Assembly: GCF_018977255.1 (NCBI RefSeq)
Contig: NW_024704742.1
Span: 22,074,001 to 22,138,000, forward strand
Reading direction: 5' to 3'
Source: Callorhinchus milii
Lineage: Eukaryota
DNA length: 64,000 nt
Under the pieces are notes generated by a model. The model did no database searches. It had not been told where the DNA came from and was given only the letters and a program-made list of their open reading frames with translations. A program made the translations under genes and the position numbers. Within the stretch, counting starts at the first letter, position 1. Each line of letters starts with the position of its first letter. Shown piece after piece: positions 50,739-64,000 of this stretch.

Positions 50739-53700
50739 TCACTAATAAACAGGAAGAGCAGATAGGCCAATTGAGTCTTTCAGATCTAGCTGTTCGTTCA
50801 AACCACTGCCCTGCCCTATCCCCACAACTCTCAAGCCTATAGAATCAATTAATCTACAAATGTAAACAAACAATATTTGTATATGCTGTTGGCACATGAG
50901 AAATCTACAAGATGATGCATCATTCGTAAACGTAGAACTTCAAAAGTACATAATGGTAAAAATATGAGCTAATTGTACATTTTAGTGAAGTTGGGAAAAT
51001 TGCAGATAAATAGTGTTAGTCAATTGGAACATAGACAATTTGGAACAGAAGAAAGGCATTTGGTCCATTGAGCCTTTTCCACCACAAACCATGTATTACA
51101 AATCTCCCCTAATCCCACCTTCTGACCAGATCTCTTTCTATGTGTGAGTAGGAGTCAGGAGATAATAATAAAAGTAATCTTTACATTTGATATAGTGTCT
51201 TATGTTAGAAAGGTTCAAAGCACTTCACAGCCAAATTGTGCGTAGTAATGTCCCACAAATAGCTATGAAGTGAATGACCATTTTTTTTTAATATAACTGG
51301 GGATCCTGGGGCAGGACACCAAGAGAAACTCCATTCCCTTTTCAAACGAGCAAACCAGGAACTTGGTTAACGTCTCATTCAAAGGATGCAGCACTCCCTG
51401 GAGTATCAGTGTAGACTACAAACTCAAAGTTCTGACATGAGGCCTTAATCCACAACCTTCTGACTCAGAGGCTTGAATGAAACCAACTAAACACGGTTGA
51501 AACTTTTATCAGAGCACTGGATGGGAGAAGTATAGACAGACTGGGTTAAAGAATGATATCTAGGAAAGGTTTAAATCCTGCCTATCAACTTTTCTACCAT
51601 TTCCCTTTTTGTATCTTATACTTGTACTCAAGCATTAAGGCAACAGTGGCAGTAGGAGAAAGGGATAGGAGCGAGTGGAAATATGCACAAAAGCAGTTGG
51701 GAATTTGAGTTGTACGCCTAGATGTCAGTTTACATCTGTAGGCTTTGGAATGCGCTGAACTGGCAAGAGTACGACTGACCTAGGATAAATCCTGCCTCCT
51801 TTATACCACAATAATCCACACCAGCAAGGCTGGTGAGTCTGCTCAGCAAGGCACTGACGCATGCCTGGAGAGTGGGCTGGCGGGAGGGAGTCTTCACGCG
51901 ACTCATGGACATTTTTGGTTCATGAAATTCTTTTAAAAAACATTTTTAGGTTTCAGGCCTGGTCTGGCTAAGTTCAAATTCCAGATACCCAGAGTACGAT
52001 ACAGCATTTCATATTTGATAGGTAGATATTACAATTTCAATTGGCATTTCTTTTCTACTTCTCATTATTAATTTTTTTCCTAAGTTTTTATAGGTCTAAA
52101 CACTTCATAAATTGAATGCCAAATACAAAGTCTAAAAGCTGAAGACTAGTTTGCAGTCATCAGACTAGCATATGAAAATATTGGGGTTTGCAAATCAATC
52201 GTGTTATAAGCAAACCCACATTATAATGAAGCAAGTTTACAGAACTCTACAATATTATGAGAAAATTCAGAGCCCTAGTGAATTCTCTCACAATCCCATT
52301 AAATCATAAATAGATATTTAGACTCTTGATGGCTGATGATTAATGCCAAGAAATAACACATTTACAGTGGCCAGATACCCCAAATAAGGTACAGGTCTTT
52401 TTTTGCTGTTGTTGCATATGAAGATTTCACCAGCTTTGGATCTGAATAAATGTTTCAGTCAGCAGGTGAAACTCAGTTTGATAAAATGAAATCTGACCAG
52501 TCACTATAAGCAGTTCATTACAAGTGCATCTTTAAAGAGCCCTACAAGGGTTCAGGGGTTACTTTGCTCAATTAATCGTAGATTGTTGTGCACAATTGGC
52601 TACCAAGTTTCTCCAACAAGATATACAGTCAATTCACTTCACAGTATATTCTGTGAAACGCTTTGAGATGTCTCAAAGATGCGATAAGGCGCTATATCAA
52701 ATGCAAGGATTATTATTATAGATTGTGCTACAAAACAGGTATTTCTGAAAGCAGGAAATTAGAGATTGAGAAAGACTTTAATTTTAAAGTAAAATAAATT
52801 TTATTTTGAGGTTGATGTGAGGGGGGGCAAAAGAAATTGAGTGTTTTCATGGACAAAAAAAACAGCAGTTAGGATATTGGAAGTTACATTTATACTGTAG
52901 CCCCAAACAGACAGCTTCCAGTTCCATTCAAATTGATGGAAAACAGAGTGATCTCCCAGGATTTAGACTTACAGCCACACAGATTCAGTTCATATGGAGA
53001 ATGGTGAATTACCAGCTCAATTTTTCTTTCTCTCAAAAAAAGACAAGAATCACATTAGGTGTTCACAGTAGTCGGAACCAATTTTTTTTATATATGAAGA
53101 TGAGGCATTTAAAAAAACTGTGAAATCTTAATTCTTTACAGCTCAATTACCCACCATAATTATGAAGGGAAACCATCCACTTGTTGCCCCTAATTTATTA
53201 TACCATTAAGGTCCAATCCTTCTATTGCAACATGCATTTATTTAGCACCCTTCACTCGGGATAGTGTCTTGGAGCACTGAGACGTCGGATGTTATGATCA
53301 TATATTAACATTAACTTGTCAGGATTTTAAGAAAATAATGGGAGTAGATAAAATATGTCTAATTTTACCGCAAAGGCACAAAAGTTAATCTATGAATTTT
53401 CCATATCAATCTACTACATTTTTATGTGCAACGTTTATATAAAAGTGAGAAGTCCTCATTATGTGAATATCATATTTCTTTGATTTATTCAGCCATGCTA
53501 AATTCAAATTATCAGTAGGATAGGATAATAATAATAATCCTTGCATTTGATACAGCACCTTATCACGTCTTCGAGACGTCTAAAGAGCTTTACAAAATAT
53601 ACTGTAATGTGAATTGATTGTATATTTTGTGGGGATGCTAGGTTACTGCAATCTTAACTTTAACCAGTGGATTATGGCATCTGAACATAATTCCATCATA

Positions 53701-54652
53701 TTCTGAATTGTGATCAAAATAAATAACATTTATACTTGGCCATTTACTGTAAAGCATTTGAAAATTTACAAGAGTAATTCAGCAATTGCAGAATGGAATG
53801 GAGTGGTACAAACAAAACAAGAATAATAGTGCTCTTTCAGTTAACACATTAATGTGTTCTCCAATCGTTGAAATGAAAGGGAATAATGTATGAACTCAAA
53901 CTCTATTTGTAAAGGTAATTTCTTTAGTTAGTCTGTGTTGTCAAGTGCAAACATTATTTTTAACGAAGTACTCCATCTGTCTCCTCCCCTGTTTCCCAGT
54001 TTTCAATGCTCCCACAAATTTCCAAAGGTAGGGCTTAAAATAGCTATCCCAGCCTTTTCTCTATCACTGAGTAGTTTTCTGAAGAGCCAAGAAGATTCAT
54101 AATGTCTAGCTGAAAAAGTTGGAGTCTTAAAATGTAAGAGCCTCTACCTACTTCTCGACAGACCTAACGCCAGCCGAGATCAGTTTGTAGCACTCTCACC
54201 TCGGTGCCAGATGGATGTCGGTTCAAGTCCCATGATTTATACTTAATCTAGGCTGACACTCCAAAGCAGTCCTGGGAAGCTGCACTGCGCAACTTGGCTA
54301 CCATCTACAAAATACATAGTCACTGCACTTCACAGTAAAAATACCTTGAAGCGTTCTGGGACATAGACAATATAATAAGACACTATACCAAATGCAAGGA
54401 ATATTCCAAATCCGTGACTGTCCAGCACCTCCAGAAGTGAAAGGCGCTATACAAATATAATTTTGTATTGTATTGTAAAATATGTAAAATCACTCTAGTA
54501 GTTATCCATGTCCAAGTCCTGACTGCATCAGCAGACATATTCACAACTGTTTATTAAAACCAAATGGTAAATCACAGTAATACAAATACAATATTGTATA
54601 TTCAATAATTTGTAAAGTTGACATTGTCGTTTCTAAAATGGAATTTACTTAC

Positions 54653-54726
54653 CAAGAGTAAGAGATTTATGCGTGGAACAGAACATAATGGCAACTGTGT
54701 CTGCGGCTTTAAAGCCCGATTTCTTC
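54653..54726 (-). CDS. SLC10A7: SLC10A7 coding exon (74 nt)
   Basis: Encodes (R)[24 protein letters not shown](G) with the characteristic [11 protein letters not shown] motif; acceptor TTTACTTCCAG|, donor TTG|GTAAGT. Confidence 0.96.
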
Positions 54727-54895
54727 CTGGAAGTAAAACAGAAATTGAATATATTATTCTAAAAAACTTCTTCTGGATACTTTCACAAGTACAATGTTTT
54801 TCAATTTATGCAAGCCATTGACACCATAATTCCATCTAAAATTCAGGAATAGAGCACAATTCTTAAAAACACTTAAAACCAGTACAAATACTTAC

Positions 54896-54947
54896 CTTGT
54901 AGAGATGGCAAAAGTTAAAAACATGAAGATCAGCTGAATGAAAAATA
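54896..54947 (-). CDS. SLC10A7: SLC10A7 coding exon (52 nt); upstream exons lie beyond the window
   Basis: Encodes xFFIQLIFMFLTFAIST(R); acceptor ATTTCAG|, donor AAG|GTAAGT; phases chain correctly with the next three exons. Confidence 0.93.
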
Positions 54948-55651
54948 CTGAAATAAAAATAAAAATGAAATTTAATATTTTGATAAAGTAGTACTGATTA
55001 CTCGCAATGCAGGTATTGTAAAGATGAATTAATTTTATATACTGTAACATGTAACGGGTAAACTCGCCCTCTAATTTAAATAAACATTTTCAAGTTTCAC
55101 ATAAAGTACAGTACTAGGTTTCATGTAGCACAAACATGAAATACTCAAACTACTTATAATTTTATTATTGTAATTATGACTTATTTGATCTGAATATTAA
55201 ACAGTAATATATTTTTCCATTTTTATCACTTTTACAATAGGGCGAATTTTGCACTATTTCTTAAATATGAAGTAGTTCTGGTAACTAACTGCAAGTAAGC
55301 AACAGTAAGCAACAAGTGTTCTCAAGTCTGCTGCCAGACTTCCAGATTTTGATTTCTTAGTTAAGAAAACACACAAAATATATGTATCTGTCTATACTAT
55401 AAGCAAATGATGCTTTCTATTAAAGGGCGTAAAACGAAACAATAATGACATCAAATAATTTAACAAAAGTAAAACTAACTTGAGAAGGCGAGTTTACCTT
55501 GTAAAACCATAGCAACTGACAGACAGTGAGAGAGACAGAACTGGTAAGATGGGGATACACAGTTTGGTCTGGGTAAGTATGTGGGCAGCAGAGTTCTGAA
55601 TGAGCTGGATAGTGCAGCTGGGGAGACTGGCGAGGAGTGCCTTTGCGTAAT

Positions 55652-55852
55652 CCAGACAGGCAGGTAGACAGCAAGAGACAGACTGGCAGACAAGAGACAG
55701 ACAGGCAGACAGCGAGAGACAGACAGGCAGACAGTGAGAGACAGACAGGCAGACAGCGAGGGACAGACAGGCAGACAGTGAGAGACAGACAGGCAGACAG
55801 CGAGGGACAGACAGGCAGACAACGAGAGACAGACAGACAGAAAGTGAGTGAC
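55652..55852. repeat. GACA-based minisatellite (about 22-nt AGACAGACAGGCAGACAG[TC]GAG unit)
   Basis: Directly visible tandem units. Confidence 0.9.
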
Positions 55853-56577
55853 AATTGACTTTATGTTAGCATTAATTTCCTTGTTTAGTTAAGGTCTTGG
55901 CTATTCTTCTCATGGATGGAAATACATTTTTTTTCCATCACTCTAATATTTGTCTCAATTTCATTTGGAAGTGTTGTGCAACAAAATCCTTCTTAGAATG
56001 CTTCACAATTAAACTATTTGCCTTTACCAGTAATTTAAAGTAACTGATCTCTGTATTTTTAATTTTGTATGCAGAGACCAAATATTCACCCACTTCCAGA
56101 CTTCCTGATCAGTTTTGCTGCATTGCTATATCTACTGTATCTAATATACATTTTAAGACTCCAACTTTTTCTGTATCTACTGCATGACATATCTAACACT
56201 ACATCTACTCTAACATCTGCTCTAGCGCTCTGATTTGCATGAATTAAATAGCAGTCAATGATCATCTCAATAAAATTGCTTGTGGTTTCAACATTCCCCT
56301 CTGAGTGTCCCTTGTCTGGCCACTTAACTTCTGGCTAATTGAATTCTCCCTCGGTTATGATTTCTTGATTAAACAACTCACAATCTCCCTGCAGTTTAAG
56401 CTAGGAGTCTATTATTCGAGTTTTGCACATGGAATCAGATTTGTATTCTGCGATTTAATCAAATAATCTTGCAATGTAAGAACAATTTTTATTTAATAGA
56501 AAGGCAAGACACGACCATTTTTAAAATGTAAGGTAATACCTGGAATGTCTAGGTTTGATTCCTGATTATGCCGATTG

Positions 56578-56870
56578 AACAACAACAAGAGAATTACATT
56601 TGTAAAACGTCTTTCACGTCGGGAGGACGTCCCAAGGCCTGGACAGACAGAGTTTCGGACCCGAGCTGGGTTTCGGGGTGGTTGGAGGGCAGGAGCGGAA
56701 GCAGGGAGATCGAAGAGGAAGGTCTTGAGGTGGGTCTTGAAGGCGGCAAGGGAGTGGGCGAGACGGAGGGACTGCGGGATGGAGTTCCAGAGGGTGGGGG
56801 GCAGAAGATTGGCCCGCCCGCCAATAGTGGGGCAAGCAAGGCGGGGGATGTGAAGCAGGCCGGAGCTAGA
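56578..56870 (-). mobile_element. L2 LINE 3' fragment
   Basis: SGLLHIPRLACPTIGGRA...LWNSIPQSLR...FKTHLKTFLF plus (TTG)n tail. Confidence 0.88.
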
Positions 56871-59836
56871 GTGGGGATGATGCAAATATTCAATAGCCCT
56901 TGGAGGGGAAGGTAGATATTAATCAGATTCCCTACTCTTGACCCCTATCGGTTTTGACTTCTATTACAATGTGTGGACAGGATCAAGTATGATGGGGTTC
57001 CCTTCCACGATTATATTGCCCAGTAAAATTCACTGTCTAGGTTCAGACATGAAAAATAGGTGGTTTCTAGAATATGTTCAGAGTCTGCGAAAGTGTAATC
57101 TCATACGGGTCACTACTCAGAGAGGGGAGGAAAGCTTTTTTTTTGGAAAAAGGGAAAAGATTAAAAGGTTTGAATAGGAGATATTCTTTCTCCTGCTGTG
57201 AAAGAATTTTATAATTCACTTGGTACTGTGGAACTCCTAGGTTCTGGGACTTTTGCTCATATGGAATAATCTTAAAAATACTTTAGAACTCAGTTATCTT
57301 CTTTACCAATCAAATTTAAACAGCACAGAAATACCCTTTACAATATTTATCTTTTTTGGTTCTAGTTTCTACTTTTTTTTAGCAACATGATTTGCAGCTT
57401 TTTTAGTATAGTATTAAAGTGGTTTGGAAAATTTATTTTACTAATTTAATCTGGTAGTTGGATTAAGCATAAAAAGTGATTGAGAAATTGGAATGGGATA
57501 ACTGGGGATAATTCACAAATTTTCCTCAGCTGAAAAACTGCTACAACCCTGCGATAACTGACAGCAATATGTTTGACTGGTTAGAAAATTATAAACATGT
57601 CTACTCAAATCTTATACATTACTTACTTATAAAAATAATTATTATTAGACTAAAGGTATCTAGGTCAATATTTGAATTGGAGAAAGTATCACAAAAGGTT
57701 GTGTATATGATCATAAGGAGCACACAGCTGCTGATCGCTCCAAATGGGGGCTTCTTCCTTTCAACCCAATCCTTCATGCATCTTCGAAGAATCTGAATGA
57801 AAAAAACAGTAGGTCTTCTTTTAGAGGGTTACTTGCACCAAGTTAGGCATCACAAAGTAAATATGACAGAACAGTAGCTTGAAGGGAATGGAATAATTTG
57901 GATGGTGTCCCCAGTGGATTTCAAAGCTTTCCAGCTGCACAAATATTCTTCTGGGGAATTTAACATTTTAGGGCAACTTCCACTGGGGGACTCCAATGAG
58001 AGTACATTTTCAACTAGATTCAAATCCATCCTTAATCACAGCAAATGCTCCTTGCTAGCTGTCACTGAAATATACCCATTACATTTCCCTTAAGTTTTTA
58101 TCCTCTATTGGCATAAATGAGTGCACGTAATTACCAGGACCTCCTCTCCATCAACAAACAATTTGAAGCTCAACTTTGGGAGCTGGAAATATGACATCTT
58201 CTGGAATTTCATAAAAGTAGATAATCGAAAGTGATCCTTAGAACATTTAAATATTTAAACAGCAAGCATTGCACCAGAAGTTTCTAATTAAATTATAACT
58301 CATGCTTGAAAAGCAAAAGTGCATGTGTTGTGGGAGTTTAAATAATTTAATCCTTGAACATCCAGTCTGTTTGTAAGCCTGAATACAAATGACATTGGAA
58401 GCATTTGGAACACGAATATGGCCAGTATAAAGTTAATCAATAAAAAATAAAAACACTTTCTCAACAAAGCTAACAAAATGATTAAACATTTAAGAAAACA
58501 TCGTCCATTAAATTTCAAAAACATCTGTTTAAAGTTTACAAACACTAACATTTACATTGAGATGCACATCATTTGAAAAGCTGCCACATGACACAAACGT
58601 ATACAGTGGAATCTTAACCTACAAACTCCTTGAGACCAAAGGGCGATGAAATTGCTGGTTTGTCTACAACAACGTTTTCATTTTTCAATGATTAAAGAAT
58701 AAATTTGTTTTTAGAACTATTTTATTGTGATGAATTATTTTAAATTGCAGTATAATGTACATCTATTTAAAGTTAGTACACATAAATGAAGTGGAGAATA
58801 CACTTTAAATAGAGATTATTATTCGACACTTCATTATGTACTAACCTTAAATAGGTGCTCTATTAATGTAATCATTGCACTTGGTTGAGTTGTCAGTCTA
58901 TATATGTGATGTGCACTGAAGTTCCACTAAGGGAACTAATGATACATTATAAATCATAATGAAGTGATCAACCAACCATAATGCTTTATTTCCCAATGTG
59001 GTGAACCTAATATTATATTACTGCACAGAGTGGTAAGGAATGAACAATTCGAATGAAAGATACCCAAAGCACTTAGAATGTTAGTATCCATCTCCTGAGG
59101 ACAGCAGACCCCTTTCAATGTGACCTCTTTTTAAAAACTTCTTTTGCGAATTTTATGCTCATCATATTAAGTTAATGTTGAGGCTTTGAGCAACTAGTGT
59201 TAGTATAAATCACTCCCAGTTCAGACATAGCACTGAAAGTTTCTTCTCTGTGCTCCAAACTTAGAAATAGCACCCTCAGTGTGTCACTCATTTCCCAGGT
59301 CTCTGAGTAAAATTGCTAATTCAGTCCCAAGTTATGGACCATCAGAAACTGGATTAAGATGACACAGGACACCAAGAGTCAACAGAGGAGAATTATGTCC
59401 CATTTCAATCAAGGCCATATTTAAATCTAGGTCCCAGAGGTGAAACACCAATGTCTACCTCATTACACTTTTTAGTCCCACAGTAACTTTATGGTGAGCA
59501 TATTTACACAGTGTAATTTACGGGTGTACCATCACTGAGTGAAGTAGGCTAATTTGAGAACTCAGAGGATGAGGTGTCTTGTGGCAGACTTGCTCAGCAA
59601 CTCAGCTACATGTCCAGCCAGCCTGGCTCATCAGCAGGACCTGGAAGGGCAGACCAGTCACTGAGGACTTACCACTCAGCCTCTGTTAACCATGGAAGCC
59701 AAAGCCCTGTTGATTATTGCTGTCCGAGCTGAACAAGCAGAGGGAGATTCATGAAACTTGGTTGGTTGCTCAGGTATGGTGATGGGTTTCCACACGTGTC
59801 AGACAGCCAACTGATCCCCCCAAAAAGCCCACTTCT

Positions 59837-60157
59837 TAATAATAATAATCCTTGCATTTGATATAGCGCTTTTCACGTCGGGAGGACGTCCCAAAGCGCT
59901 TCACAGAATATACTGTAAAGTGAATTGACTGTATATTTGAGGGCGAACGCAGCAGCCAATTGCGCACAGCAATGTCCCACAAACAGTCGTAGATTGAAAA
60001 TGACCAATTTATTATTGTTTTTGGTTTTGGAGGGATTATTATTAGGCTCTGTGTGGAGTAAGGAAACTTGCCCAAGGTTTCGCCCTGACCTGCCTGGAAT
60101 TGAACTCAGGTCTCTCGCTTGCAAAGCGAGTGCTCAACCACTGAGCTACAGGACTCC
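59837..60157 (-). mobile_element. Young full-length SINE, short variant
   Basis: Reverse complement of the 15920 family, from the GGAGTCCTGTAGCTCAGTGGTTGAGC head to the (ATT)n tail. Confidence 0.92.
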
Positions 60158-60414
60158 TTTGTCCCTTTCAAGGTGTTAACTTTCTGTGCATGCGTGGAAA
60201 CCTAACATTAGTAATCTCAACCTTTTCTTTCCAATGCAACAAGACGAAAAAAGCAAGTTTGAGCAGTCAATACCTAGATGGGGCAAGTTCATAGCCCCAT
60301 AGCCTCAAATTGTTCATGCAGCTCACTAAATACGCTGCTTTGAAAAATAGAAGGTAAAATTCGTGCACCAGTCAGTGCTCCTTTGAATTTGTGACTAGCC
60401 CACATTTTACCTTC

Positions 60415-60925
60415 CTCGCCGGTCTCCCCAGCTCCACTATCCACAAAATCCAGTTAATCCAAACTCCGCCATCCGCATACTCACCTGCACTAAACTCCAT
60501 ACATCCATCACACCAGTTCTAGCCAGGCTCCACTGGTTCTCCATCACCGAACAGATCAATTTTAAGATCCTCATACTTGTCTTCAAATACCTTCATGCCC
60601 TGACACCCCTCTATCTCTCCGACCTATTTTCTCTCTAACCCACTACCTGGTGCCTCTGCTCGACTGGCTCCAGCCCCCTGCTTGTCTCTTGTGTCCTCAG
60701 TTTCACTTTTGGCAACTACGCCCCAAGCTCTGGAACACTCTTCCTCTATCCCTCCGCCTTGTCCCCTCCTTTTCCATCTTCAGGTCATGTCTGAAGACCT
60801 TCCTTTTTGACCGTACCTACGGTCACCTCCCCCTCCCCCCGACTTGGCATCATGTTCCGCCACTGCCAAGCTCTCTGGGACATTGCCTTGCGTGAGGGAC
60901 GCTACATAAATGCAATTTGTTGTTG
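60415..60925 (+). mobile_element. Degenerate L2 3' fragment
   Basis: Remnant PKLWNTLPLSLR...FRSCLKTFLFD; tail AAATGCAATTTGTTGTTG; resembles the 8770-9165 copy. Confidence 0.8.
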
Positions 60926-61379
60926 CCGTTTTGAGTATAGCAGAGAAATGTACTCTGTAAGTAACCTAAGACATATCTAACCTATAAAATATTTTGCATA
61001 TTCTGTTGTTTTCTTGCCACAATCTTATAGCCAAAGGTTTTTCAATTATGCGTTCCCTTTCTCATTCCCCCCAATAACTGCCAACACAACTCTGTTTCAA
61101 CCCATAGATGTTTGTCAATATTATACAGAATCCAGCCGCCTCCCAATAAGATGCATATAATTTAGCAACCCCCACTGGCCATCAATACTCATCCAGAAAA
61201 CAACTGAGTTCAAATGACAGGGTGAGATTCAAATACAAGTCTCTTTAGCATTGAAGTTGGATGCACTGACTGTTATTAAGGGCACCAGGTTTCAAAAGGA
61301 ACTCGAGAAAGTTAAGAAATGAGAGGAACTCTTTTCCCAAATTGCAAAGATCCGATAAAATTTGTAAATTACTGAAGTA

Positions 61380-61712
61380 ACAATAATAATTCTTGGATTT
61401 GATACAGCACCTTATCATGTCTTCGAGGAGTCTCAAAGCACTTCAGAGAACATACTCTAAAGTGAATTGAATGTTATTTTGTGGGCGAAATGCGGCAGCC
61501 AATTGCGCACAGCAGTGTCCAACAAACAGTCGTGGATTGAGTGACCAGATAATTTTTTTTGGAAGGGATTATTACCGCCGGAAAAGCGTTCCACCAATCG
61601 ACTAACAATCGTGTTCCTACTTACTGAACAGAGGTGTGTGAAGTAAGGAAACATGCCCAACATTTCGCCCCACCTGGGAATCGAACCCAGGTCCTCACGC
61701 TTACTCTAATCA
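61380..61712 (-). mobile_element. SINE, long variant
   Basis: B box GGTTCGATTCC in reverse, internal CGATTGTTAGTCGATTGGTGGA segment, core and tail. Confidence 0.85.
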
Positions 61713-63769
61713 CTAAAATACAGCACCACAGATGAATGCAGATTACACATCTATTGTATTCCAATAGAGATTTGCAACAATTTCCTCTCAACTCATTCTC
61801 TATGGCTGACTGACTTGGCACCAATGTAATAAGGGGACTGATTGTCTGACTTCTTCCCAGGATCAGAAACTGTAACTGAGACATGTTACACCAGCAAGAA
61901 CATCACCAGCAACAAGCAATGGCTCTGCCTTAATACATCCAGGCTTAAACAGCAAAAGTTGAAAATGCCACGAGTAATTTATTTAAGCTATTTACATTTT
62001 TAGAAATAAAAGGTTAATATTTAATCAAGAGAAACGACAGGCTATTCGGTTATTTTGGGGGGGGTGGCAGTTCCCCTGATTTTACCTCCCACGGGGAGGC
62101 AAAAAGACTGGTCCCCTCCTCTCCAAGGAGTCTAAGACTTTATTTATACTGTATACTAGGCAATACACTGATCTCTGAAACGTTCACGATATCGTTAGTG
62201 AGTTGCTAAGTTAGGACTCACAAATGGACAGTGCCAAATGATAAATCAATTTCCAGTAGTGTTAAGGGAATTGAAATCAATTTGAATATACAAACCTTTT
62301 TAAACTTAAATGGGCTTTGAATGACATCCAAATTAAATTCCAGCTAGTTTTACGACACTCCCGTAATATTTTATTCTTAATTAAGGCTTTATTCTGTGCC
62401 AGTGATGACATTGCTGCAGAGACCATTAACAGCTGCGTGAATGTTGATGTGCAGAAGACATGCTTTAGTTACTAATGCATAGTAAGAGAGTGACTGTCAT
62501 TTAAGTTCACAAATTGCATCAATATTTCTCAGATAGAACTGATGTAATATTACCTTGGTATAAATATAAACTTGAGTATAATCTACTACAAATGTAGTTA
62601 GTTATACAAGAGTAATATTACAATCAATAGAATGCAACATATGCCTATTTGACAAGTGAAACAAATGTTAGAATAATATTGATCCCAGATCTTGGAAATA
62701 CTACTTTCTGGTCAGCTGGATTCCTGCCACATGCAGAAACCCATCAAACAATACTGAGAGTTCCAGATATTTATGCGACCTACCAATAGAAATTGCCATG
62801 TATGGAATGTGTGCATTCTTCCGTGAGAGACACACCTTACTTACCCAATTCCGGAGTTTCAGAGACAGTCTGTGGAGAGCCAAGGCTTGTGGGACCCAAG
62901 TGAGTGTTGTGGTCGTGCTGGAATTTAACCAGCTAAAACTGCATAGCTTGCCATCGAGAACACTGGCAAACTTTCAACTACTTTTACAGCTAGGACTACC
63001 TTACTAGTTAAGGCTTTAGTTTGGAGGCTTAACAAGAGCTCGGTGGGAAGAATCCCTTCCCCACCCGAGCTGCCCCTAAAAGTCACGCCAAAGTGCCAGG
63101 CTAGCTACAACAAATTACATTTGTATTATGCTTTTCACATCAGTAAGACGACCCAAAGGTCTGGACAGCTAAGGATTTGCACTCGAGCTGCGGGTTGAAA
63201 TCAAAAGGGGTTGAGTGTAGCTGAAGGCACAGTCAAAGAGGAAGGTCTTGAGATGGGGCTAGAAGGAGGCAAAGGGAGGGGTCGAGGCAGAGGGATTCCA
63301 GGATGAAGTTCCAGAGGATGTGGGCCGAAAAATGAATGGCTCAAAATGGGAAATAGGAGAAGATAATAAATCAAGCAGCAGGGATTAGAAGATTGAATTT
63401 TAAAAGGCTGTAGATTGTAGAAAGAATGGAACACTGAAAAGGGTAGGGTGTTATTTATAGTAATAATCCTTGCATTTGATATAGAACTTTATTATGTCAA
63501 CAAAATGTCTCAGAGCATTTTTAAGAATTTACTAAAAAATGCAGTGATTAGGTAGTTGGAGGCAATATGCCACAAAACACTCATGAAGTAAATAACTATT
63601 GTATTGAGAATAAATTACAGTGATACGCGTTACTACAACATTTGATAGGTTTATGGGATTCTAGGCTCACAAAGAAACTGACATCTCATAACAATTTGAG
63701 TTTGGGAACTAGATACATGACTTCTTTGGAAGCCAATCAGGCCATGACAAATGAACATCAGTCATACTG

Positions 63770-63921
63770 TGGGACATTGCTGTGCACAAATTGGCTGCTG
63801 CATTAGCCCACAGAAAACAACCACTGCACGTTACGGTATATCCCGTGCAAGCATTTTGGATGTCCTCCCAACATGATAGGTACTATATCAAAATGTAAGG
63901 ATTATTATTATTATTATTATT
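63770..63921 (+). mobile_element. 5'-truncated SINE (core and tail)
   Basis: GTGGGACATTGCTGTGCACAAATTGGCTGC core and (ATT)n tail. Confidence 0.8.
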
Positions 63922-64000
63922 GCAAACCTATGCAGTAATCCCTCAATTCAGCACACTTGGTATATCATGGGGGAGGGGGATTGGCAACATTTCATAACTG

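Overview
Vertebrate genomic DNA with spliced genes, a CpG-island promoter and abundant retroposons. The DeuSINE-type tRNA-derived SINEs and L2/CR1 LINEs suggest a cartilaginous fish, possibly a chimaera; this is inferred, not shown. I assembled three genes by hand from GT-AG splice sites and reading phase: (1) complete LSM6 (+, 3 coding exons 4614-6239, 80 aa) behind a CpG island at about 2.1-3.5 kb; (2) a REELD1-like reeler-domain membrane protein (+, 6 coding exons 12984-23361, start codon unresolved); (3) the last four coding exons of SLC10A7 (-, 54947 down to 38591), whose 5' part lies beyond the window end. From my recollection of the human locus, the order LSM6-REELD1-SLC10A7 is the same. 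Most ORF-track entries are microsatellite, SINE or LINE artefacts. I found no convincing wholly new biological system. The most unusual local observations are: an antisense 5'-U2 snRNA fragment near a REELD1 splice acceptor; the first REELD1 coding exon sitting between two collinear CR1 pieces, with a perfect 30-nt copy of it in the next intron; no in-frame ATG in that exon; a strongly GC-shifted SINE in the CpG island; a foldback element; and a degraded Helitron-like element.
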